Virus record (IMG/VR): IMGVR_UViG_3300033066_001794
Strand: one strand, 5' to 3'
Length of the DNA: 64,000 bases
Origin: an uncultured virus (IMG/VR IMGVR_UViG_3300033066_001794)
Lineage: Duplodnaviria > Heunggongvirae > Uroviricota > Caudoviricetes
Each line of letters opens with the position of its first letter. Position 1 is the stretch's first letter. The position numbers and the translations under genes are program-made. Below the pieces are notes generated by a model. That model had not been told where the DNA came from. It did not search any database and was given only the letters and a program-made list of their open reading frames with translations. Of the stretch, positions 40,048 through 49,177 are shown in pieces.

Positions 40048-40398
40048 ATGAAAACATATAGAAAAAACAGAACCCAATGTGCTAAATTATTTAGTGTAAA
40101 CGGAATTTCAATGTTAGGTTTTTTAGTTGGAGAACAGGATAACAAACAAACTTTTGAAACATTAAAAGGAGAAAGAGTAAATGTATCTACTATTAAAAAC
40201 TCAGAAGGTAAAATAGAGGATATTGGCGATGAAATAGTTGAAATAACACTTGCTTATAAAAGAGTTACAAATACAAAAACAGGGATAATAACAACAACTC
40301 CATTTGGAAATGTTATAACTAAAAATAGTGTTGGAGGTAAAATTATGCGAACTCCGAAAGATGTTTTATGTACAAATAAATTAATTAAAGTCAATTAA
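40048..40398 (+). CDS. hypothetical protein in tRNA cluster 2
   Basis: ORF track. Confidence 0.6.
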   Translation: MKTYRKNRTQCAKLFSVNGISMLGFLVGEQDNKQTFETLKGERVNVSTIKNSEGKIEDIGDEIVEITLAYKRVTNTKTGIITTTPFGNVITKNSVGGKIMRTPKDVLCTNKLIKVN

Positions 40399-40408
40399 AA
40401 AAATATAT

Positions 40409-40489
40409 GCGAGCATGGTGGAATGGCAGACACACATGATTTAGAATCATGCGCAGAAATGCATGAGGTTTCGAGTACCTCTGCTCGTA
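40409..40489 (+). tRNA. tRNA-Leu(TAG)
   Basis: CATGA-TTTAGAA-TCATG. Confidence 0.88.
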
Positions 40490-40493
40490 CTTT

Positions 40494-40964
40494 TTATTTT
40501 GAATAATATTCAAGTCTTAATTCATCAGCAATCTCATTTGCTACTTTAAATTTTTCTTGATTTTTATTTCCATTTCCGTATTCATAATGACACTCAGTAC
40601 ATTTAATCATTATGTTTCTTTCATCAAGTCGTAGAGATGGATAAGCTCCTTTAGGAAGTAGATGACTCATATAACTAACATTAAGTTCATCTCCTAGTTT
40701 TTTGTCACAGCAGTTACATATATGCTTCCGTTCGCTCCATATCTTCACAAACATTTCTCCCTCACCTGAAGCTTTTCTTTTATAAACTATTGCAGTACGT
40801 TTTAATTGCTTTTGAACTTTCTTTGGCTTGTCTTTATTTTTCTCAGCAGACTTTTTTCGTTGTTCAATTGAGTAGTGATAGCCACATAAAGGCGGTCTTT
40901 TTTTAGCTAATTGTTTTTCTTTACCATCATTACAAAACTTGCAAATACCTTTCATTATTATCAT
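40494..40964 (-). CDS. NinG/HNH-like nuclease
   Basis: CNCC..SHLLPKGAYPSLRLDERNIMIKCTECH. Confidence 0.65.
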   Translation of the reverse strand: MIIMKGICKFCNDGKEKQLAKKRPPLCGYHYSIEQRKKSAEKNKDKPKKVQKQLKRTAIVYKRKASGEGEMFVKIWSERKHICNCCDKKLGDELNVSYMSHLLPKGAYPSLRLDERNIMIKCTECHYEYGNGNKNQEKFKVANEIADELRLEYYSK

Positions 40965-41113
40965 AATGCTAATATAAGTTTTTTAATTGATATTAAGTGT
41001 CGTAAAGTATCTTTAAGTGTTTTAATTAACTTTAATCGTTTTTATTTAGTAGTAATCATTTATAATGACTAAACTTTTTTATATAGTCGTATATTTGTGA
41101 AAAACAAGTAAAA

Positions 41114-41446
41114 ATGAAAAAGACAACAGCAACAGCAAAAAAAAAAGGTTTTGTATTAACCTCTAATAAATACAAAGATGAACATGGTGAATATGCTTTT
41201 ATAGAGCCTACTGATAAGAAAAAATATTTTTATAAAAAATCAATTTTTGTCATTAAATCATTTCTTGGTAAATCAACATTTGAAGATAAAAAAGTTAAAT
41301 GTATTCATTGTGATAAAAAATTTAATCTAAGTGAATATAAGGCTGTCATTTGCTTGAATCACATTAATAGTGAAATAATAGGAAGTGAATTTATAGTTTG
41401 TAAACATTCTCCAAAATGCGATGGTAGTTTGATTGATTTTTTTTGA
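41114..41446 (+). CDS. hypothetical Zn-binding protein
   Basis: CIHCD..CKHSPKCDGSLID. Confidence 0.6.
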   Translation: MKKTTATAKKKGFVLTSNKYKDEHGEYAFIEPTDKKKYFYKKSIFVIKSFLGKSTFEDKKVKCIHCDKKFNLSEYKAVICLNHINSEIIGSEFIVCKHSPKCDGSLIDFF

Positions 41447-41505
41447 TTAAAAAAATAATTGAAAATAAATTTGGTAGATTGAAAAACATTTCTTTACTTT
41501 GCATC

Positions 41506-41598
41506 ATGAAAACAACAAACGTATACTTTCAACAATTTTTCCCTCAACAACCGCAGTTTAGATTGCGATTGTCAGGAAGTTCTTGTCCGTGTGCGTGA
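41506..41598 (+). CDS. leader peptide 3 (MKTTNVYFQQFFPQQPQFRLRLSGSSCPCA)
   Basis: Directly after TTACTTTGC promoter-like motif; F/Q/P run matches cluster 3 tRNAs. Confidence 0.8.
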   Translation: MKTTNVYFQQFFPQQPQFRLRLSGSSCPCA

Positions 41599-41623
41599 GA
41601 AAATATATCACAAACAAACAATG

Positions 41624-41653
41624 AAGACCCTGACTAATTATCAGGGTTTTTTT
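41624..41653 (+). terminator. attenuator terminator 3
   Basis: AAGACCCTGA/TCAGGGTTTT + T run; GTCAGG..TCTT (41571-41584) can pair with the left arm. Confidence 0.85.
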
Positions 41654-41686
41654 ATGTTCAAAAAATAGTTCTTTAAAATAAAATAA

Positions 41687-41762
41687 CGCAATGTACGGAA
41701 GTTTGCTTTTTCCGACCAAGTTTGGGACTTGGGAAGCGCAGGTTGAAATCCTGCCATTGCGA
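41687..41762 (+). tRNA. tRNA-Pro(TGG)
   Basis: CCAAG-TTTGGGA-CTTGG. Confidence 0.85.
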
Positions 41763-41768
41763 CAACAT

Positions 41769-41841
41769 CAGGGTATATATCAATTGGTAGATTACTCGCT
41801 TTGGATGCGAGAGGTTGTAGATTCGAGTTCTGCTACCCTGA
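41769..41841 (+). tRNA. tRNA-Pro(TGG), second divergent copy
   Basis: CTCGC-TTTGGAT-GCGAG. Confidence 0.82.
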
Positions 41842-41889
41842 CTTAGGTAATAATAATTTAACAACAAACAATAGGCTGAAAAGCCTTAT

Positions 41890-41963
41890 GTGGTGGTAGC
41901 TGAGTTGGTTCAAGCGTCAGACTGAAAATCTGAAGTAGGTCGGTTCGATTCCGACACATCACA
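41890..41963 (+). tRNA. tRNA-Phe(GAA)
   Basis: TCAGA-CTGAAAA-TCTGA. Confidence 0.9.
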
Positions 41964-42009
41964 CTTGTTTTTTTTGTATATTTGTTTTCTGAAAATAAAA
42001 TATATGAAC

Positions 42010-42082
42010 TGCCTTATAGTGTAACTGGCAACACGCTTGATTTTGATTCAAGAGACTCTACGTTCGAGCCGTAGTGAGGCAA
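42010..42082 (+). tRNA. tRNA-Gln(TTG)
   Basis: CTTGA-TTTTGAT-TCAAG; U1-A72. Confidence 0.9.
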
Positions 42083-42114
42083 CTAATTAGTAGTAAATAA
42101 CATAAATTAATTGA

Positions 42115-42417
42115 ATGAAAAAGATTTACATTAGTGGCAAAATAACAGGCTTAGAATTATGCGATGCTGAACGTTTATTTAATGAAGCTGAATCTAAATG
42201 TATAGAATTAGGATTCGTCCCTGTTAATCCAATAAAGCTAAATCATGCCCATGATAAGACTTGGTTATCCTACATGAAGGAAGATATTATTGCTATGATG
42301 GAGTGCGATGCTATATTTATGTTATCAAATTACAAAACAAGCAAAGGAGCTATGATAGAATTAGAGCTTGCCAAAGAACTTGGTTTTTCAATTTACTTTG
42401 ATGGAGATGCTAACTAA
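42115..42417 (+). CDS. DUF4406 / nucleoside deoxyribosyltransferase-like protein
   Basis: KIYISGKITG..VNP..W..YM..CDAIFML..SKGAMIE. Confidence 0.8.
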   Translation: MKKIYISGKITGLELCDAERLFNEAESKCIELGFVPVNPIKLNHAHDKTWLSYMKEDIIAMMECDAIFMLSNYKTSKGAMIELELAKELGFSIYFDGDAN

Positions 42418-42630
42418 CGAAGAATTAACCAATAGGTTAATGTGTAAAGAAGAACATTCAGTGAGTAAACCTGAATGTTACGTTTCAAGTGTAACAGGAA
42501 AGGAGTACGATTTTACTATGTACACTAATCATGGTCATGGACAAATATATAGAGGCTTCCTTGATTTGCCAATTGATGAGTATCCATTTAATATAAAATA
42601 TAAAAAGGTTGCTATTGAAACTTGGAAAAA

Positions 42631-42807
42631 TTATTTGTAAAGCTCCCAATCTGTGAGCCAATCGTAATCTCTCCTACCTATCCAAAATTCTTCTTCAGTT
42701 ACAGAAATACCATATTCAAAAACAAGCATATTATCTTTAATATACATGTACTCATAATACATGAATTTTTTATGTGTAACTTTTTTACCTTTCTTCAAGG
42801 CAACTAA
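42631..42807 (-). pseudogene. 3' part of a small gene interrupted by TnpB element 2
   Basis: LVALKKGKKVTH joins in frame to ITKAEI at 44609-44592. Confidence 0.5.
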
Positions 42808-42827
42808 GATAAAAATAACATTATAAA

Positions 42828-44399
42828 TCATACAAAGTTGTACAAAATTGTACTACTTTTTTGACTCATAAAATTACGTTCTGAAGACTTGGTTTTATCC
42901 AACTCCTGTCGGTATCTCAATCCCGACTTCTTGAAAAGTTTAAATGCCTCTACCCAAGTTGAAATATTTTTATTCTGAACATCCAAACCTAATCGGTACA
43001 TGGTGTCAAAATCGATTCCCTCAAGCTTTGGGTAGAAAAAACTTCCTCCAAGATATTTTGTGATGCCCCTTCTCGCAACTTCGATGGCAGCATTAACAGG
43101 GTCGAAAAAACCATGCTTTATATTGCCAATGAAACTGCTGTAACAGGCGTTCACCCCAATCAGTTTTATGCCGATTGTGTTACAATGTTTTTTAATTAAA
43201 TTTGTTGTTAACGTTCTGTGCCAAATGTTTAATGTTTGTCTGTTTGCCTCGTTAGCATTGTTATTCAAGAGTTCTTGCTTGAAAAATAAATCTTCAATGG
43301 CACAATTTGAAACTTTAAAATGAGCAGCAACTTTAAAAATATATTTCCAAACACAACTAATTTCATGAATACGTTTGTTGTTTTGTTTGATTTGTTTTTT
43401 ATCAGTTGAACTCAAATTTAATTTCGTGTTCAAACCTTTTAGCGAAATACATTCTTTATAAATTATTTTAAATGAATCATCCGAATCACTTAGTCTATCA
43501 ATGATTACAAAGGCAATGTATTCAGGATTCAAATCAAAAGCAATAAATCTTCCGATAATTTTACCTGCAATCATTCTTAATTCTTGCTCCTTAATCCACT
43601 TTTTATAACAATCTTTTCGTGCAGTCTTAAACTCTTTCGGAATATGTTTTAAATCTTTTTTATACTCATTTTTATCGAATGAAAAACCATTTAATTTTTC
43701 TTCATCAAATGAAATCCAAATATTATTATTATCAAGTTTAACTGAAATAGGTTGCTCACCAATCTGTTTCTGTAACTGAATTAATTGCTCATACTGATTT
43801 TTACTGCAATGAAATTCAATAGGCATTTTTACTCCATGTTTAGGTTTGAAAACAACTTTTTTATTTGTAAAATCAAAGTCAAATTTACGATTACCTTTAT
43901 TATTGGCTTCTCCTATCACCGAATAAGCTAAAATTCTATTTTCTTTAAATTGTAATTTTACTTTTTTGAGAAGTCTTTTTCTAATTCGATTATTTTTTTG
44001 ACCTTTAGTTTTATTGCTTAAAAAACTTATTTTTCTAATCAAAGCCTTAGTCCCAAAAACAATATCCTTTCCATTATTTGCTTGTAAATAAGCTATTTTT
44101 CGTATCACTTTATACTTGTGTCTTTTACTTTCAAACTCAGTAATAGCAAGCAATTCTTCTAACTTTTTTTCTTTTTTAAGTGTGTTAGTTTCAAACTGAG
44201 CAAGTTTCATTTTAACTTCAACAGTACAACTTTGGTATTCCCAACTATCAACATTAAATTTTTCACGAACTTTTTTTATGAAATTTTCATCAACACTTTG
44301 GTCAAAATTAAAATACAATTCATGAAATAATCCTGAATAATTTCGGCAATATTCCGAAACATCATATTCATTTTTTGTTTTTAATTTTAGTGTTATCAT
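42828..44399 (-). CDS. tnpB: TnpB/Cas12f-like RuvC nuclease (likely start MITLKLK)
   Basis: FIAFDLNP, CAIEDL, YSSFIGN..FDPVNAAIEV; clear paralog of 13011-14705. Confidence 0.75.
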   Translation of the reverse strand: MITLKLKTKNEYDVSEYCRNYSGLFHELYFNFDQSVDENFIKKVREKFNVDSWEYQSCTVEVKMKLAQFETNTLKKEKKLEELLAITEFESKRHKYKVIRKIAYLQANNGKDIVFGTKALIRKISFLSNKTKGQKNNRIRKRLLKKVKLQFKENRILAYSVIGEANNKGNRKFDFDFTNKKVVFKPKHGVKMPIEFHCSKNQYEQLIQLQKQIGEQPISVKLDNNNIWISFDEEKLNGFSFDKNEYKKDLKHIPKEFKTARKDCYKKWIKEQELRMIAGKIIGRFIAFDLNPEYIAFVIIDRLSDSDDSFKIIYKECISLKGLNTKLNLSSTDKKQIKQNNKRIHEISCVWKYIFKVAAHFKVSNCAIEDLFFKQELLNNNANEANRQTLNIWHRTLTTNLIKKHCNTIGIKLIGVNACYSSFIGNIKHGFFDPVNAAIEVARRGITKYLGGSFFYPKLEGIDFDTMYRLGLDVQNKNISTWVEAFKLFKKSGLRYRQELDKTKSSERNFMSQKSSTILYNFV

Positions 44400-44405
44400 A
44401 AAAAG

Positions 44406-44536
44406 AGCCTTCTTACAGATAGGTTTGCACAATCAAAAACTCATGAGAGAAGAGATTCCTATCTGCTTGAAGGTTTATTTTAAATATTTATTTTTGTGAT
44501 TTTCATGAGTTTAATTAATTGTGCATTGCAAATATA
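44406..44536 (-). promoter_or_regulatory. TATATTTG promoter plus conserved structured leader (copy C)
   Basis: AACCTTCAAGCAGATAGGAATC...AACCTATCTGTAAGAAGGCT. Confidence 0.85.
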
Positions 44537-44637
44537 TAAATAATAACTAAATTTACCAAATATTAATTAAAATATTAACTATTACTCACGATATTTCTGC
44601 TTTTGTTATTTTGTTTAATTTTTGTTTGTTCTAAAAT

Positions 44638-46558
44638 CTAATCTAAAATAAATGGCATAACTAATTGATTAGGGTCTTCAGGAACAGGTGCGTTTGGATT
44701 GTCAGGGTCATCAGGGTCGCCATCATTTCCCCAATCCCATTTTTTCCATTTAGTGCATGTGGGTTTATTTTCATTATCATAAATCCATTCCTTTGGATAT
44801 TCGGGTTCATTAACATCATAGCACATAGAAGCGCAAAGAATCATACATTGCTTCTTACCTCTTGGGTCAGGGTCACAGTGGAAACAATTCATGCAGTACT
44901 TATCAATGAACCATTCTCCTTCTGTTCCGTTGCTTGGCTTATACTTTCGCATTTTTATTTTTCAATTTAACAACAAAACAATTGAAATTACTTGCAATAA
45001 AAGTTCCTTTGCTTAAAGAAAGCGCACGTATATTAAAAACCTCTTCATCAACGTAACTCATGTCATCTACCTTTGGATATGGCATACTTTCATTCCATTC
45101 AGTACCGCACATAATTGTACCTGTCCCATCTCTCTTAATGAAGCTAATGAACTCTAATTTTTTTCCTTTTAATTTAGCCATTTTATGTTTTTTGAGTTTT
45201 CATTTGATGCTCAATAGTAATCTCTATGTACTGAAAAGTTTCAATGAACATTTCTATTTCAGCAGCAGCACGTTCTTCGAATATATCTTCTGATTCAATG
45301 ATAGATTTTTTAGATTGAATAAGATATTTGACATTAGGATAGTTTCCTTCAGGTATAACAAATGGTCTTACATGATAACCATCAAAAAAATCATATAGGT
45401 CACGTAAGTTTAAATATACTCCTCCTACTCCGTTTGTTATTAATATTGAGTATTGTTCAATAATAAATTCTGCATCAGGTATATCATATCTAGCCATAAA
45501 CCAATCTTGTAAAGCTTGGATTGAAAGAGGGTAATCTTCTTTTATTTTTAACCAATCAATAATATTCATACCATCTAATTGGTTTTCTTCGTTTTGATTT
45601 TCCGTGTTTTCCATTTCTTTTTGTTTTATTGTTTTGTCTCCTTTTAACCCTGTATATTGAAATAATTCTTCATCCAATTCGGTATCAGCATAAATCTTCT
45701 CGAATTTTTGCCTACCAATTATTTTTTCTTTAGTTGGTCTAATAATATCTTTTAATATTGAATCATTCATGATGATATTAAAATTGGTAGTATTATGTTT
45801 TTTAATTCGATTTTAAATTTATTTATTTTTTCTCTGTTGTCTCCAATCATTAAACATGTAGTGTATTCTGTCTTGAATATGATTCCTTCTTCATGTAGTT
45901 TTTTTACAATTTTATTTTCAGGATGCATAAAGTGTTTGTTTTTGCAATTAGGATTATCTAAATCTAAAATTGTTTCATACAAGTCTTTTCCGCACCACCA
46001 TTCATCATCTACTGCAACCATAATTGAGTGAGAGCCATCGTAATTCTGTTTATATTTTGTGTTTTCAATAATCATGAATTAAGTTTTAGCGATTACATTA
46101 TCTATTGCATTTTTATAATGACCTACAAATCCACCGAATTTAAAAGTATATTCAATATTTCCACATGTTTGCCTACATTTTACTGACATTGGATTTTTCT
46201 GAATAACAATAAACTCCATGTGTTCAATAGTTTCAAGGATTTGATATTGCTTTCCTATGTAGTAAAAAGATTGTTGTCCTTCTTTGAATTTAAATTTTTC
46301 ACCTAGTTTTAAATCACTAAGCTTGAATGCAAATAAAAGTACTTCAGCTTCTTTCTTTCTAACTAAAACACAATCATAACTTGGAACACTAAGTTCGTTA
46401 AAGTAAACATCAATCCCTTTTAAAACAGGAGTCAATGCTTTTAAATCAAACCACCATTGACCTGTGCCGTGATTCCACACATACTCAACTAGGAACTCCT
46501 TGTCTTTATGTAGAACCACGTCACCAATATCAATATCTTTATGTTTTTGAACTACCAT
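44638..46558 (-). CDS. five hypothetical ORFs
   Basis: ORF track; overlapping starts/stops. Confidence 0.6.
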
Positions 46559-46561
46559 TGA

Positions 46562-48010
46562 TTACATATTTTGCTTGATGCGCTCACGAATTTCAGTTAG
46601 TGTAGTTTCATGAAGGATTTTTCCATCTTTGAATATAGTTTTCAATAAACCTGTTTTTTCTTCTTCATCAGTACATTGTTCTATTGTTATGTATTCGCTT
46701 CCTTCTTTTTTTAAATACATCAATCCTTTGTGAGACTTCTTTTTACTGTCAGTAATAGGGTCTTTTTCAATTTCTCTTTTTTCGCCATTTACTTCAACAT
46801 ACGTAGCTTTAATTGCAAATCCTAAAGTATCTCTACTGTGATTACGAAGTATTCCACCTACGCCAATTACTAAATTACTTGATGCGTAACCCATTTCCTT
46901 CAATCTATCTAAAGTCCTTATGTATCTTTCTAAGTACATTCCATCTCCGTATATAATTCCTACCTTTGGATTAATTACTTTATATCCTTTTTCATTTAAT
47001 GTAGAGCCAAACTTTTCATCTAAAAGTCTTATAGCTCCTTTCCATTCATTGCTGCCTATTTCAGCAGTAGGGTCTCCACATATTATGTATTCAGGATTTC
47101 CACTATCAGGTCTGAATACAGTCTTTCCATCACGAGATAATATTTCATCTTTAAGAATATCAGCGAATTCAGTTAAAACACGATATACATTAAAAGTATC
47201 TGAAACCATACTCACTATGCCGCTTGGATATAACTTTAACATGTTTTTAAATGAAGCTAATTCATCGTCTTTTCCAAATGAACAAACTACACTATGTTCA
47301 GATGCAGGTACACTGAACATTATTGGCTCATCTATTTTTGCATGATAGTATTTTAACATAAATGGTAAAGCAGGAACGGTGTCACTACCTAAAAATGAAA
47401 GTAGATGAGCTGCACCACTTATAGCCGCACCCTCTTCACTTCCATCGCCTCTATATCCAAAATCATGTACAGTGAAGTCTTTTAAAAACATCATATCCTC
47501 CGAAACTGTCTCTTTGAAATATTTATCTACAATACTTCTGTATTTAAGGCAGCATGAAGCTACAGTTATACTATACCAAAGCTTTAAAAGAAGGCTCTCA
47601 ACATAACCAACAGCCCAATGAAAATCAGGATGTGTACTCTGTATAGTCATCAATACATTTCTAACAGGCATGATTGTCCCTTCTTCAACTGCTTTAATCT
47701 CAATTGGGAAATAACCCAATTTACATAATGCACGAATTTGATGCTCCACTGCTTCTGAATTACTACCCAAAATAGCTTTTCTATATACTAGAAACTCTTC
47801 TCCCATTTCGGGTGTAATTTTAGTAGAAAGATATTCTTTTAAATAATATTGTAATCCGAAAAATAATGTTTTATCAAAAGTTTTGTCAGTACGTGCTATT
47901 AAGTATGAATATACTTTATTACAATTAGGAACATACTGTTCCATGTGTCCCATTTTATAAACGTCTAATGCTAATAATGGGTTCTCCTTTGTGTTTGATG
48001 CTGTTTTCAT
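46562..48010 (-). CDS. nadV: nicotinamide phosphoribosyltransferase-family enzyme (Nampt/Namat-like)
   Basis: DVYKMGH, HDFGYRG, VPASEHS, SDTF, RPDSG, GIIYGDG, KDPITD. Confidence 0.92.
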   Translation of the reverse strand: MKTASNTKENPLLALDVYKMGHMEQYVPNCNKVYSYLIARTDKTFDKTLFFGLQYYLKEYLSTKITPEMGEEFLVYRKAILGSNSEAVEHQIRALCKLGYFPIEIKAVEEGTIMPVRNVLMTIQSTHPDFHWAVGYVESLLLKLWYSITVASCCLKYRSIVDKYFKETVSEDMMFLKDFTVHDFGYRGDGSEEGAAISGAAHLLSFLGSDTVPALPFMLKYYHAKIDEPIMFSVPASEHSVVCSFGKDDELASFKNMLKLYPSGIVSMVSDTFNVYRVLTEFADILKDEILSRDGKTVFRPDSGNPEYIICGDPTAEIGSNEWKGAIRLLDEKFGSTLNEKGYKVINPKVGIIYGDGMYLERYIRTLDRLKEMGYASSNLVIGVGGILRNHSRDTLGFAIKATYVEVNGEKREIEKDPITDSKKKSHKGLMYLKKEGSEYITIEQCTDEEEKTGLLKTIFKDGKILHETTLTEIRERIKQNM

Positions 48011-48038
48011 TTTTATTGATTTAGGTAAAATATTTAAT

Positions 48039-48263
48039 TCAATAATCTTCAATGAACTTAAATCTATCTTCAACTGATGCTGTAAAGATAACGATATAAG
48101 CTCCTATTTCGTATGCTTTTTTTACTAAATCTATTGTCCTGTCAATATCTTTTTTATTGTCTAAAGTATGGTATGGATAAATAGTTGAATCAAAATCAAC
48201 GGCTAAAATTATCTTTCCGTGCGTTCTCCATTCAATAAGTAATCTTTGTGAGTAAATATTCAT
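48039..48263 (-). pseudogene. truncated HAD-family fragment
   Basis: ILAVDFDSTI motif I and IFTA motif II only; 74 aa. Confidence 0.5.
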
Positions 48264-48277
48264 ATTTCTATTTTTTA

Positions 48278-49168
48278 TTAAATATCAATTAATTCAACAA
48301 TAGGGATAACCTTTACAAATTCATTATCTACTTTTCCTATTGAATCTGTAGTGTAAACTCTTTCTATTCCACTTTCTTTTAATTTTGAAATATCAGCAGA
48401 ACCTTCGTAGTGGGAAACGATTAAATATATTTTACCTGCATTTCGTTTTTTTAATTCACTTGCAAGCCCCATGAACGTTCCACCTCTGCTACAAATATCG
48501 TCCACTAGTATAACTGAACGACCTTCTAAATCAGCTTTATCAACGGAGTAAGCTAAAATCTTCCCATCGTTTAGATTACGTGCCTTGTTACATATAACAA
48601 TATCATCTTTGTATCCTAATTCAGAAGCAAGTTTGAATATCTTTTTGAAAGCACCTCCGTCAACAGAAACTAGTAAAGGATTACCTCCAATATCTTCTAG
48701 GCATGTTTTTACAAAATCAACATTGCTTATTACATGGATGTTTTTCTCTAGTAATGTAGTTGATATTTCACTATGCGGGTCAAAAACAAATATTCTGTTA
48801 AAATCACATGATTTAAGCATGTCTGTGAATACTTTTAATGAGAATGGTTCTCCTTCTACCATAACTCTATCTTGTCTTGCATAAGGGAGGTATGGAATGA
48901 ATAAACTATTGTTCTTGTATCCCATTCTAACTAGAGCATCGTTTGTTAAGAGTATTCTCATAATATCATCAGAACTATTTGCACGAGCGAATATTGTTAC
49001 TTCATTTGATGGATATGCTATATTACCATTGTCGTTTAATTTAACATGAACCTCACCCCCTAAGAAGTTAAATGTTTCTGCTGATATTGAGTGATATGTT
49101 GCGATTTCGAATCTACTTTTAGGTGTACTGAAGTCAGGAAACCCATTTAGAAATAATACTGTTTTCAT
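48278..49168 (-). CDS. prs: ribose-phosphate pyrophosphokinase-family enzyme (Prs/Adps-like)
   Basis: PYLPYARQDR, DPHS, LVDDICSRGGTF. Confidence 0.9.
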   Translation of the reverse strand: MKTVLFLNGFPDFSTPKSRFEIATYHSISAETFNFLGGEVHVKLNDNGNIAYPSNEVTIFARANSSDDIMRILLTNDALVRMGYKNNSLFIPYLPYARQDRVMVEGEPFSLKVFTDMLKSCDFNRIFVFDPHSEISTTLLEKNIHVISNVDFVKTCLEDIGGNPLLVSVDGGAFKKIFKLASELGYKDDIVICNKARNLNDGKILAYSVDKADLEGRSVILVDDICSRGGTFMGLASELKKRNAGKIYLIVSHYEGSADISKLKESGIERVYTTDSIGKVDNEFVKVIPIVELIDI

Positions 49169-49177
49169 TTTTTTAAT

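Larger units (their letters stand above)
42808..44591 (-). mobile_element. putative TnpB-only element 2
   Basis: Excision restores an in-frame ORF; 3' end TATC as in element 1. Confidence 0.5.

Noticed and set aside
39770..40489. Stop-codon suppressor tRNAs / recoded genetic code
   Set aside because: Anticodons TGA, TAA and TAG read Ser and Leu codons; no CTA/TCA anticodon seen; genes are intact under code 11 and end in all three stops.
41673..41867. 64-aa minus-strand ORF
   Set aside because: Antisense to two tRNA-Pro genes.
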